Shown here piece by piece: positions 22,619-35,427 of a stretch of 64,000 bases of DNA; the stretch's first letter is position 1; each line of letters starts with the position of its first letter. Where the stretch lies: the NCBI GenBank assembly GCA_010405405.1, contig MU004236.1:62001-126000 (forward strand), written 5' to 3'. The position numbers were made by a program, and so were the translations under genes. The notes below the pieces were generated by a model. The model had not been told where the DNA came from and ran no database searches. It saw only the letters and a list, made by a program, of their open reading frames with translations. The stretch comes from Microthyrium microscopicum. Taxonomy: Eukaryota.

Positions 22619-24264
22619 GGTCTTTCGGCAATGATAGAGGAGAAAAACAAGGGTTGTGGGGAACTAATCGATTTCAATCTGGCAGCAGTTCATGAGATAG
22701 AAACAACGAATCAAATATAGCATGGGGAAATTGATACTCGGTATTGTAGTTTGTGTTTTCATGTATTTGCTAGCAAGCATACACAGATATGATATTTCTC
22801 ATTTGGACAAAGGTACCAACCATATCACCGATAGCATCAACATCTTGATGACCAACACGTACAGATTGGGTCCTTGTTTATTCAACGCCACTTTTGCTCA
22901 TATTGTTCTTTGTAGCTAGAAGTAGTAGACAACAATTAGTTGTTGCGTTGAACATATTCGTAGTGTCAGGTCTGTCGCCTGAAGTCAAGTCAAGTCCTGT
23001 CTGAAAGTGCGCTTTGTGAGCTTGAGGAAAACTCAACTGTTGTTATATCGTATGTGTCGAACTGAAGTGAGAACGCTAGTGTGAATAAATAGAAAATGAG
23101 AAAGAATAAGGCGGGAACCTAAAGCTTTTCACACTTTCAGGTCTGACATACCATTACCTGTTGTATCAACAATTATCACTGACCGAAGAGCGACTAATCA
23201 TGAAGCTAAAGAAAGATTTTCCCACGAGATCAGATATCAGAACAATCATACTCACAGCACGCCCAATTACCAATCAATAAGCCACCCACAAGGCTCCTTA
23301 GTGCTGACCACATACCCCAACCATCACCAGCATCACCACCAGAACCCTTCCAAATCCACACCCCATTCGCATCCTTCCCAACCCATCAACCGACCCTAAA
23401 ACTCCAACTCCCAAGAACCATTCCACGCCGCCCGACCAAGCCCACCAGGTCCACCAACAAGAACCGACCGCTCCACAGACCCACAAAGGCCCGTTCGCGA
23501 CCTCCTTCACGACCCAAGGCCCATCACCACTACGCCGCCCGGCTAACTCAGCCAACACCAAATGTCTGGGAGTACGCTAAACATAGCTACTTCCAACGAC
23601 CATTGGTGGGTAAGCGCGGAAACAGTGTCGCAGGTAGCGCTGTGGATGGGATGTATGGTATTTGCCGCCCCCTTGCTGGCGGTGGTTTGGTGAGGATGGA
23701 AATGGGTTAGATTAGAGCAAAGGGACCTGCGTGAGGAGTGAGAGCCTCATTGAGCGTGTATGAGGTGCAGGAATAGCGGTTGGAATGGTGGGGTGCGTTG
23801 GGGGCCGTTTGGGGATGGTGGTGGATGGTGCTGGTTGGAGGTTTTGGAATGGGCTGTTATTGGGTGAGTACTCTTCTGGGAGTTGTTGGTCTGGTACTGT
23901 TAGGACGATCAGGATATCAGAAAAGGTGATACGGAAGGTGTAATAGAGTCGAATATTGAATTGTATTGGTATTGACACTACTGATGTCTGGAAACCGACA
24001 AGTAAAAGGTCACTCAGACTCAAGACCCCTTTGTATCTCATCTATCCCCTCTGCATTGCCAGTATGTCTGGACAAGGTGCTCTCATTTCACATCAACTCT
24101 CCTTCATTATTTCGCATGCTGATATGTACAGGTGTTGAGTAAGGAACTGGTATCATAACGGCTTCGAGGCCGATCAAAATGGTATATCCCAAAGCGCCGC
24201 GCTATGTGTAAATCAAAAGTATTATGGTGTATGTCGTTCAGAAATTGGTGATGAGGAAATGTGC

Positions 24265-24818
24265 TTAGATCTTCATGGTCATTTGTTGTTCGAGTTCGAC
24301 GACCTTTCTGCGTTTTGGTAATGTCCAAGGTTCTTCGCAAATCACCTATTCCCATTAGATAATTTCCTTTGGAGAGATTCAGAAAAGTGCTTACCTCGCC
24401 ATCATTGTATGCCCAGAAGTAAACGACTAGTCCAACAAGGTAGTAAAGACCAGCGTTTGTGCTCTGATACATGAGAACAGACGTAAGAGCCCAGAGAGGT
24501 AGGAGAAAAAGCCGTAACTCGATGCTCTCGTGCATTTTGGAGCCGGCGACGAATCTGAGTGGCCATTCTAGTCCTAATGCCATGCCGCCGAATAAAAGAT
24601 TTACTGTTTGGAGTATCGGAATTGGTTTTACAGCTCCGTCCAGGTTATAGGTTAAAAAGTCGAAGAACATCTTGGGCCAGAAGAAACCTTCTAATGATGC
24701 TGCGATTTGATCTGGGTACGGTTAGGTTTCCTTACTGTGTGCGTGAAGATTATAGCTTACAAGCACCGGCAGTCAATATTATCAGACGCGCCCAATGGTT
24801 CTTGATCAATCTTCCCAT
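24265..24818 (-). CDS. noxD: NoxD/Pro41, fungal p22phox homologue (introns 24712-24760 and 24346-24394)
   Basis: Spliced protein MGRLIKNHWARLIILTAGAYQIAASLEGFFWPK…PIPILQTVNL…LEWPL…YQSTNAGLYYLVG…WAYNDGEVICEEPWTLPKR, which is the Pro41/NoxD signature. Confidence 0.9.
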
Positions 24819-27534
24819 GGTATCGGTTGTATTCTGTGTCCAGAAGAGAGGACGACAAGGTCGACAACCCAAAGGTATGTGGGATGAGAGGAAGATTATG
24901 GGTTGTTAAGTGACAGTCCTACCAGGGAAGCTGCAAGTTGAAAGCAAGGAAGATGATTCTTGTATCACTTCCAGGATTCTGGGTGTGGTCGATACCTTGC
25001 GAAGATCTGCGATCACCAATGCGAGGTAGGAAGTTTGGAGAAAAGAACCGATGTAAATGTCGTCAACGAAAACGAGAGGATGGGATTGAAATCTAGACGA
25101 ACAAACAGGCCATGGATCAATGGATCATGCAAAGAATCATAAAGGAGCAACTATCGGTAAAAATGCAAATGCCTCATCAACGGCCAGCAAGCCATATGCG
25201 AGACTAACATAGTCCACATTGATAGCTCCGGGCAGTCTTCCGTGCTTTTACGAAGCTACAGCAAGTTGTGTAGAGAGGGCGGGCAGCAGACGGCGGCAAG
25301 ATGTTTCTGGGCTCGACAAGACGACAACTCACGCGCCTGGGCTCACAGCGACTAGAGTGTACGGCAGTGCATTTCAATCCAGTGGATGAGTCGATATGTT
25401 GGACAAGATGGTCTTTCAGGGTAGTGATTGGTCGACATCAAGTCTCCACGCATGTCGTCTGTCCTGGCACGGACGCTAGGTCGGTGGGCGGCTACAAATC
25501 ACAGTATTACCACGCAATCCACACCTTGCTTTACTAGAAAAGTCCTAAACGATATTATTTCGGTCGAGATTGGGCCGGTATCAGGTTTTTTCTCTTCAAG
25601 GTGCATCTTTATCTTACGAAGGATTCTAACAATTCAATAGACATGTCGTTGAATGATGGTGGATGTAGCGAATGCGGAGAGAGCTCGTGGAAACAAAAAT
25701 AGCGAAGACCTTCCCACACGGTACACCTCCGGTACGGCAGCTGCCGAAGCCCTAGAGCGGTGGCAGGCTGGGAGGCGTAACGGCGACTCTTCTCACCAAT
25801 CGTCGTTGTTGAGTAACTTGATTCCGTGGTCAACCGAATGGCCGAAAGGATATTCAGGAACCAGCGCGCATTGTTCAGAGGCTCTGCTACTCAATAATGG
25901 CCCTATCCAAAGACTTGGATATTCTTCGTCGGCCATGTACATTAAAAGAGAGTTTTGGAACACCCTCCAGAATCCATTGCGATGGTATTGAACACCAGCC
26001 ATAAGGTGGTTGGTGGTTGCTCAAGCCCCGAGTGTCCGATTTTTACGAGCCGCGTTCAGCAAAACTGTAAGTCTGGTTGGCTATTTTTGTTGGCGGTTGG
26101 ATAGGCCGAATGATTGGTCTGATATTGGGTATCTCTGGGATTGTGCAGTAGTGAGACCTCAAATCCTTGGCTTTGACTTGCAGCGGGCGGCGGCAAAGGC
26201 TTAGCAAAGACCACAAACTTCATGACCGCTTATCCTTGCCTTTACGCTTGTTCTCCTTTTGACCTTCCTCGCGACCGCTCTTTATTGGATCTGATACTGG
26301 GGCAGTGGAGAATCAACTTGGCCAATCGATCGACCCATACTCAACTACATCAACTGTTTCGACCACATCTGGACTTGTATCCTCCACTGATATCGTTGAC
26401 TCTAATTCAGATTTAGGTTCTGCACCCTCGACTTGCTCCTGTTGAGTTATCCAAGAAAGGAGTGGAGAGTACCTGACTTTCCTCATGACCTGGTAGTTTG
26501 GGGTTGTATTGGCAATTATCGCATTGGTTCCAAAGTTTCCAAATACTGTACAAGTCGCTTGCGGCATTGTCTCTTCCGCCTGTTTAAACCAATTACTCTC
26601 ATATCAAGAGATCAGCACTGCTTTTGACAGCCGTTGCAATATCTACCAGTGCCAAACTTACGCCGTCTTGGTCGTCCTAGCATTCCAGATTCTTCTTTTG
26701 CTCGAGGCCACAATTCAAGCCTGCTGGCATTCTACGGATACAGCCTAGAGATCATACTACTAGCATATATGCCATGTGGTGAACCTCGATCAACATCTGC
26801 TCGCTAACACTACTCGTGCATATTCGGGCCTTCACCAGCGAATCCCAAGCTTGGATTAAACAACTCGACCAAAGATACGCCTCTATTTCTGGCGCCAGCA
26901 ACTATTTACGCCCCGCCTTCTCTTGGGCTGGCTCGTCACATCCTACAGGCACCCCCTGTTGCCATCTTGCTCGTCAACCCACTGGCCGCCGCCCTTGTCC
27001 TTGATCGGGATCAAAAGTCACCCTTGTGCGATTGTGCGATCGTACAGTACTCTGTAGTTCTCCCATCTTTACTCTACCTCTTGCATCTCACTTCTTCCAA
27101 ATACACAACAGACCCGACTAAATCAGCTTCACCAAACATAGCGACTCAGCCACTCGGATTCGTCAACTTCTCATACATTATCCACTAATCTCTATTCGAA
27201 GGATTCCCGCTAGGCAAAGTATCCGGACTGCATCTAATTCTTCCAGCTGGAAGCAATAATCTTTCCTATCGCGCATTTGACAGGATTGGCACGATCGCAA
27301 AGGAAATAACGAGTGAATTCTCGGCATCGCCGCCTTCTCTGCGCCGCAATATCGCCATGTCGATAAACTTGACCTAGGATTTCTCCAAGGAAAAATACGG
27401 CATAGCTTGTCACGAGTCCTTTTGGGCTCAAAGTGATTGTACATTTCAATTATCCCTTCTCGGGTCCAGGACCGTGGCTCTTCTTTCTAGCAAGCTGGAC
27501 TTTTAAATTGACAGTTCACTGAAAGAGCCTCATC

Positions 27535-29402
27535 ATGGCCAAAGATACCAGACCAGCTACCCAGTCGTGGCTCGCGCCACGTAAAGTGATATTTTATACA
27601 CTCTTCTGGGGATTCCATTGGATGTTATTTTGTATAGGATGGTAAGTTACGTTTATCCAGATTTGGATTAGATGTCTAACAAGAATAGGTGGGAACAAGC
27701 AAGAAACAATGACCTTGCGGCACTCAATGCGCTGAAGTTCTCTGTCTGGATATCAAGAGGCGCTGGACTAGTTCTATCTGTGGATGCGACTTTACTACTG
27801 CTGCCTATGTGCCGCAATCTACTTAAAATACTAAGACCAACTGCTCCTTGGCTACATCTGGATGAATCTCAATGGTTTCACCGACAAGTCGCATACGCAT
27901 TGCTACTATTTACCATTGTTCACACTTCTGCTCATTACGTCAAGTAAGATTCCCCCAAGACGCTGTCATGAATTTGGCTTACACAATCTAGCTTTTTCAA
28001 TGTGGAACGATCACAAGTGAGACCAGAAACCGCAGTGCAAAACCACTATACCATCGCAGGTGGAATCACTGGCCATGTCATGCTCTTCTGCATGCTACTA
28101 ATATACACCACAGCACATGCAAATATTCGCAAACAGTCTTTCGAAACCTTCTGGTATACTCATCATCTTTTCATTCCGTTCTTCCTCGGACTCTATACCC
28201 ACGCAACTGGATGTTTCGTTCGAGATACCGCCCCACCAGTTTCGCCATTTGCAGGAGAGTACTTTTGGAAGCATTGTATTGGTTATGAGGGTTGGAGATG
28301 GGAACTTTGGGCTGGCGGAATATACCTCCTGGAACGAATCTATCGCGAAATTCGCGCAAGAAGAGACACTGAGATCATCCGTGTCATCAGACATCCATTC
28401 GGTAAGAATGATCCATAACGCAAACTATGCAAGCGCGCTAATCAGTTCGTAGAAACCCTTGAAATCCAATTCCGCAAACCTTCCATGGTCTATAAACCAG
28501 GCCAATGGCTCTTCCTCCAGTGCCCAGCAGTCTCTCGCCAGCAATGGCATCCCTTTACAATCACTTCATGTCCTTTTGATCCTTACATTAGCGTCCATGT
28601 CCGTCAACTCGGTGACTTTACCCGTGATCTCGCCGACGCTGTCGGTGCTGGACCCGCGCAAGCAGAGCTCTACGACGATCTCGAACCCGATGGCATCTAT
28701 GAAATCGCGCTCGAGGCTGGCCAAAAGATGCCCGCCCTACGCATTGATGGACCTTATGGTGCACCAGCTGAAGACGTATTCGGTAACGAAATCGCCGTCC
28801 TCATCGGCACGGGCATTGGCGTTACTCCCTTCGCCAGCGTACTCAAACATATCTGGCACTTACGTTCCATCATCGGTATCGGCGGCAATGGTGCGATCCG
28901 CAAGTTAAAGCGTGTCGAATTCATCTGGATTGCCCGCGACACCAACAACTTCGCCTGGTTCCAACAGCTCCTCAACAGTCTTGAATCCCAATCCCTCGAA
29001 AACGCCGAATACGAAGGCGAAGATTTCCTTCGTATCCACACCTACCTTACCAAGAAAATGGACCTCGACACAGTCCAAAACATCGCACTCAACAGCGTAG
29101 GCGCTGACCGAGATCCGCTCACAGAGCTACGCACACGCACAAATTTCGGCCGCCCCAACTTCAAGCGACTATTTGGTGCTCTACGAACTGGTATTGAGGA
29201 CGGCACATATATGCCGAATCTTGATAGATATTATCCCGAGATAGGAGAGGGTGGCGAGCGCAAGAGCAAAAAGAGTGCTCCTGCGACGAATGTTGGTGTG
29301 TACTTTTGCGGGCCGTCACCGGCCGCGAGGGAGATCAAGTCGGCATGTATAGCGTCGACGACGAAGGATGTCAAGTTCAAGTTCTGGAAGGAACATTTTT
29401 AA
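27535..29402 (+). CDS. noxA: NADPH oxidase NoxA/Nox1 (gp91phox homologue); introns 27642-27688, 27944-27991 and 28402-28452
   Basis: Motifs LKFSVWISRGAGLVL, heme His motifs (FHRQVAY…HTSAHY, FWYTHHL…H), FAD site HPFTITSCP, IDGPYGAP, NADPH site GIGVTP, and FCGP…FWKEHF*. It has no long N-terminal extension, unlike NoxB or NoxC. Confidence 0.95.
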
Positions 29403-29954
29403 TATACCCGTGTTTTGTATCGGCAGTGTTGTTGTAGCATAGTTGTTGTAGCGTATTAGTAGTTTTTATACTATATATCCTGTATGGCGTTGGGGTCTGG
29501 AAATGACAGCAACTACTAGCTGATATGTCTTATATATGCTGTCATTATAGTGATACAGTGAGGAGTCTCACGTCAGACTCAACTCGACTTGACTATCTTT
29601 TTGTCCTCCTCGTACTATGCTCGGAGCAATCTCCATGGCGCCCAGAGTCTTGTTCTACCATTCAGTTGCAGTAATGAAAACGAGTAGTCTAGTATGATAT
29701 CACAAGAGTATAATAGTATTCCTCACATTTCCTTTCTATTCGGCAATATAACCATGCATGGGCTCACAGATGCAATCGTGCGGGCCTTTCATTGGCATCA
29801 CAGCATGATATTACGCTCCTTATATGTTGTACAAATGAGTAATCGGCCACACACCAAGAAAGCTGTCTGAAAGCATAAATATCACAGACTCACGATTTGT
29901 TATGCCATGATATCCAAGAGATCCTACCAGTCTGCCACATTTGCAACCTCAGTC

Positions 29955-30316
29955 ATGAAGACAACTTTACTTCTCGCCACTGCTTTCCTAAGCGGCCTAG
30001 GAGCCGCAGAAGTCCCCGCAGAGAAAGATGTGCTTCGAAATTGTACTCCGAAACTACTCTACTGTGGACAAGTCCTGCTCAGAATTGGTACTCTGCTACC
30101 AAAGCAACATCTGTTTGGCTGAAGCTAACCAGCACAGGGAATTACTTCAACCAAATCAATGATGCTCTAAGAGCATCGGGACAGCCAACGGATCAAGGAC
30201 ACATCAACAACGGCTTGTTTTATTGCACGGGCGGATCTAATGGGGAGATCAAGTTTCAGACCTATTGTGGTGGAGGATGTGTTGACGGAGGAGGTGGAAA
30301 TAGTGATCACTGTTAG
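29955..30316 (+). CDS. Small secreted cysteine-rich protein (~103 aa, 6 Cys; intron 30088-30137), effector-like
   Basis: Signal peptide MKTTLLLATAFLSGLGAA, then mature part RNCTPKLLYCGQVLLRIGNYFNQI…LFYCTGG…YCGGGCVDGGGGNSDHC*. The intron joins two ORF-track fragments in frame. Confidence 0.85.
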
Positions 30317-30562
30317 ATGAAGTAAGATCAAACACAGCAAAGGTTTTTGCTCGAAATTGTACACAGGTTTGCTAAATAACACGATGATTTATACCATATT
30401 CTGTAGACTCGGGCTGTCTCTGCATTCCGAAAATTATGAACGATATTTCGTGATCAGACGTTCATTGAGAACAGCTACCAGCCTGAGTATTGCGATAGTG
30501 ATCACAATTACCAGGTGCATATATTGGATTCACTAGATACTGAGAAAGAGGAGTAAGATCAC

Positions 30563-30641
30563 AGGTGAGGTTTCCCATCGAAGGTGATATTTCCCATTGA
30601 ATGTGATATTTCCCATCGAGTGTGATATTTCCCACCGAGTG
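30563..30641. repeat. 19-bp minisatellite, ~4 copies (consensus ~RKGTGATATTTCCCATCGA)
   Basis: Units start at 30563, 30582, 30601 and 30620, with a degenerate copy near 30657. Confidence 0.85.
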
Positions 30642-31714
30642 CAGTGTTTTCAATGGAGTGCGATATATCCCACTGTCTGCGAAACCTGCCATTGAATGCT
30701 ATAAGCTACAACAAGTGGCTAAGCAGGTTCCATAATTTCTCAAGTCAGAAAAATTAAGAGTACTAACTGGAAAGTGTAAATTTGCTTGTATTTTGATGGT
30801 AGAAATACTACAGAGATACCTAGGCTGTTGATACCTGCTGGCATAAGGCTGAAATTCACATGCTAAACTTGGCAATCATGAACATGGTTCACGAAGAAGC
30901 TATGGCACGCTACTTGTGCAACTGGAAATGCCATGCGTAGGAATATTCGCCACGAGATAAATCCGATGGTTTGCATGTGGTCAGTCGGAACCTGGGGATT
31001 GGGCGATTTGCTAACATATTGGTGATCCAGCCAAAGCTTGTTCAGTCTGATGATACCGGTACCATGATCGCATAGAGAAGTTGTTATGGGACGTCGAAGC
31101 CCCTCTTTTATTCTCCAGGATTAGTGCATGATGCTTCTAGGGTCTTTGGTTTTTACAGCAGGGAGTGATGCGAGATAAAGACGTTGAAATCCCTTGTCCA
31201 CTTTCTTGTCTCTTGAAGAAAAAATTGCAAGGAAGGCTGCGTAGTTGTCTGTGTCTATGACCACCAACGGTTTGAACGATACAAAATAATGCTCAGGCTG
31301 TTTGGCTACGATTGGTCAAGATCTTCGGTGATGATCTACGGCGCTTGTAAATGTTACTGATGATATCATGAAGTACAAAGTCAAGCTTTGCCTTGGAGGC
31401 TTATCATGCAGTATGCAATAGGTATCCCGTAGCAGGTACCACACAATAACGACGGAAGGTCTGGCCTCCGTTGGACGCTGCCTTGAAATACTAACCAAAC
31501 CTTCTCTCACCGACGGCTGCTTAAGGCCCCGAGAGTATGAAACCTGTACTGTTCACAACCTCTAAAACGCCACAAAAGACTCGACACCTTGCAAAAGAAT
31601 TACCATCTAATATCCTCTCCTGAATACTCTGCTTTCTCATTGCCATAATACAGAGATCTCTAATCCTATTGTCTTCACTGTATACCAATCCCAACGTCAA
31701 CATCTCACCACCAA

Positions 31715-32993
31715 ATGGCGTCCAAAATTAAAGAAAAGGCCCTCGGCGTCGCTTCCAAACTCTCCACCTCCACACCCGCCCGCCAAATATCAGACATCGA
31801 GTCCTCCAAATACCTCCTTCGCATAACCTGTGGCCCCAGCTACGATCCTTCCACCCACATCCCCATTCTTCCAAACTGCGACACCCCAACCGCCATCGAA
31901 AACGAGCACATCAAAGCACACATCAAAGTTCGCGTACGAAACTACACCGGCCTACCTCTCCACGCACCATCCACATCACCGTACTTCTCCGCGCCCTCAC
32001 GTTCCGGCACACAGTATAGCGTTGGTTTCAGCTTTGTGCCGAAACACGACATCAGAGGCGATGAAGCCACCTGGGGCAACGACTTTGACCACCCAGTCAG
32101 AGATCGATTGCCGCCAGGCTTCAACATTGCGGTGAAGATAGTCAAAGAGTTTGTGGACCCAAGCATTGAGCTCGATGCATATGCAGATCAACCATGGCTG
32201 TACGCGCCCGCGCTCACGAGTTTCTTTGCGATGCGCGTGGGCGAGAAGAAAGGCGCGGAGGAGTGGGGAGCGGCGAAAGAGTTGCCGGATGTGGAGGAGA
32301 ATGCGCCCATTGAGGAGGGAGCTGATGGCAGGTACGTTTAAAAGTCCGGTTCGGATACTTCTGTTCCCGATACTGCGATTCCTGGCGGGGTGGAGGAGAC
32401 GTGGTACTGGATCAGTCTGGTGTACCAGCATGTGCTAACTCGCTACCAGTGGTCAGCAGATCCGAGAACAATTGAAGCTTCCGGACACGGTGAGCAAGCG
32501 CAAGAAGCATTTCCGGTCGAAAGAGAATCAGGCAGCGTTTACATTTGAGGAGGGAAGGTTGTATCAGGCGGACTTTTTCAATCCGTATATCGATTTCGGG
32601 GACTTTAGTCTCAAGTTGCCGGGTTTCAGCATCAACTGCATAAAGTATATTGGCGACAAGACGCATACGCTGCGGTATGTTTTCAAGAACAACAAAACGA
32701 ACGAGGTCTACTTTTGTGTAGTGTTTACGCTGCTGCATGGGGATGAGCTCCAAGACGCTATCAAAGACGAGGCAGAGCGATGGAAGATGGCCGAGGAAGA
32801 GGCTGCTCAGGGAGGGTTGAAGCCTGGTGACGGAAGTGGCAGCGTTTCAAGAGCTAGTAGCATGACGCGAGCGAGCGTTGCTACAGCTGGGAGTGCGGAA
32901 AGTTTGGCTTCAGCAAAAGAAGCTTTGCCTAAGGACAGACCAGCAGTGGAGGTAGAAGAGGCATATGTGGAGCACCCAATGGGGAAAGTGTGA
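31715..32993 (+). CDS. DUF1769-family conserved fungal protein (intron 32332-32449)
   Basis: Motifs LRITCGPSYD, VRVRNYTGLP, WGNDFDHPVRDRLPPGF, ADFFNPYIDF and FSLKLPGF. The intron joins the two ORFs in frame. Confidence 0.85.
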
Positions 32994-33272
32994 CTATCTT
33001 GAAGCAGATACATGATCACACGATGAATGCAAGCATTTGGCGGAGTTTGGGTAGCAACTGAGCATTTAGCTTTATTATTTACCACGCAGAATGACGAGTT
33101 GAAATTTGGCCAGACTTAAGTCAGACTAGATCATTGTGTAGACGGTATACTCTGTGATGTAGAGAACTATATCCGATTGATTCCTCTAACCTTGAAATCT
33201 ATGAACACAAGTGGACTTTGTTCCCAGTACTATCAGTACAATCAACTCGCCCCCAGACAGATTAAAAACATT

Positions 33273-34897
33273 TTACGACACGTTTCTTGACATATCGTTG
33301 CGAACACGGTTGTAATCCAAGAGACCTTCAATCCTGCCAACAGCGCTGATGGCAACATCTCTGTCCCACAACTTCTTTTGTGCAAAGTTCATCACATCTT
33401 GTTCTGTTACTGCGGATACGGCACGCTCAACTTCGCCTGGGGTGAGTCGGCGGCCAGTGGTGACGATTTGTCGACCAATGTCTTCGGCCACGGCGGTGGT
33501 CCCGTCAAGGGAGAGTAATATTGAGGCCTTGAGTTGGGCTTTGGCGCGCTCGACTTCGGCTTGGGTGACGACTTGAGATAGACGAGACCATTCACGGAGA
33601 GTGAAATGGACGAGGTCGTCAACACGAGTCGGCTTATCGGTAACAAGGTAGATACCCCAAAGACTATGAGCGAATCAGTAAATTCTTTGCGCGCCAGCAG
33701 AAATGGCTACTTACCCAGTGTCACTATAGCTAGTCGAGAAACTCATGAAGCTATTGGCAAGGTTGTTCTTATGCACAAATGTGCTTAGCTTGCTTCCAAG
33801 GTATGGTGAATGTCCCATGGCACGATCCCAATTTCCGACGATGGCTTGAGTGACCAAAGCTGGGAAATAGTCTGGGTCGTTCCAACCAACACCCTCAACA
33901 GCAATGGCGATATGAGCAGTGGGCATGGTATCATCACGCATACGGACCTCAGATCCAACGAAATCTGGGGTTTGCTTGGCTGCTGGGGCCTGGCTTGATG
34001 CAGCTGGAATGTTGCCAAAGTTCTTTTCCGCAAGCTCGACCAGCTGTTGATGAGGCACTCCACCGGCACCAACGAGAACCATGCGATCGGCAGTGTAGTT
34101 GGTCTTGATATATGACTGTAAATCGTCTCGTTGAATGCTAAGGATGTTTTCGCGAGGACCGAGGATTGTACGGCCAAGAGCTTGACCTTGGAAAGCGGTG
34201 GCGTGTAGATGATCAAAGACCACTTCTTCCAATTGTTTGTCGACCTCTTCTTGCTCTCGCAAAATTACGTCTCGTTCCCGTTCAATGGCTGTGGAGTCTA
34301 GCTTGGAGTTTTGAAGGATATCGGCGAGAATGTCAACGGTGGCGCCAACATCGGAATTGAGGGATTTGGCATAGTAGACAGTGTTCTCTCGCTATTCATT
34401 GTTAGTTGACCATTGAGGAGCACGATAGAGTATACGAACAGATGTATAGGCATTCAAATGGCCACCCATGTTCTCAATCTCGAGCTCCAACTGCTGTTGT
34501 GTCCGCTTCTCAGTACCCTGGTTCTAGCTTTAGCATCTCAATACTACACTTGTTAGCTGTTTCCAATATACCTTGAAGGCAAGATGTTCCAAGAAGTGTG
34601 CAGTTCCATTGGTCTTATCGTTCTCAGCCCGGCTGCCAGCATCGATCCATACACCAACAGTCGAAGTCTGCGCCCAAGGGGAGTGTTCGGTTGCAATCTA
34701 ACTCAATTATGAGCTCAAGGACGTTCCAATAGAGCCTTCCAACCTACCGTTAAGCCATTGGAGAGTGTTGTGGTCTCGGTATTTGTAGTTCCGTAGCTAA
34801 TGGGTGTAGCAAAGTTTCTTCTGCTGTTTAGGGAGTTGAAGGCATTGCGTACGCGCAACCCTTGTGTAAGGCGGGATGCTGCTCGGCGCGAAGCCAT
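33273..34897 (-). CDS. MAS1: Mitochondrial processing peptidase beta subunit (M16B; also complex III core 1 in filamentous fungi), multi-exon
   Basis: Presequence [28 protein letters not shown]…[13 protein letters not shown] (HxxEH), [22 protein letters not shown] and AEDIGRQ. Confidence 0.95.
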
Positions 34898-35427
34898 TGA
34901 GAGGGCCTTGATTTGAATTAAAGGGAGTGGAAGGGCGTGGGACTCGTGAAGGCAAGAAGGCAAATCGATATCGAAAAGTGAGTTCTGATGATGAAGATGT
35001 TGAATGGTAGGGTTATCGGGATCGGAACCCTAGTGGAGCAGAATACTAAGGACGGCAATATAACCGAGCTTGGTGGTCTCCACAACGCTGAGGTAGACAG
35101 CCATAAACAGCTTTCCAGTTCGACTTGATGTTCTTTTAACGGACTAGATTTTGACTTACAGAAAATACTTGCAGTGTACCACGAGTTTCTCAGTTACATC
35201 TTTCTGCGAAAGAAGCGATTTTAAAGACATACGATTTACAGGACGGTTATCATGCACGCTTGTATGAGCCAATTAGACGTCCAGAATAAGTCAGCTTGCA
35301 CTCACCTCGGCTCGCTGCTCCGAATTTGAACCGGCTACTTCACAATCAACTCCAAGCTGGCCACCATCAATCTCTATATCGCGATCACACCACTCTCCGC
35401 TCATTCTACTTCTTCTGGTGCGCTGCC

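Noticed and set aside
25301..27449. Many short ORFs in the noxD-noxA spacer
   Set aside because: None shows recognisable domains or coherent exon structure; treated as regulatory or UTR sequence.
30563..30641. Tandem repeat as possible CRISPR array
   Set aside because: Eukaryotic context, contiguous units without unique spacers, and no cas genes.
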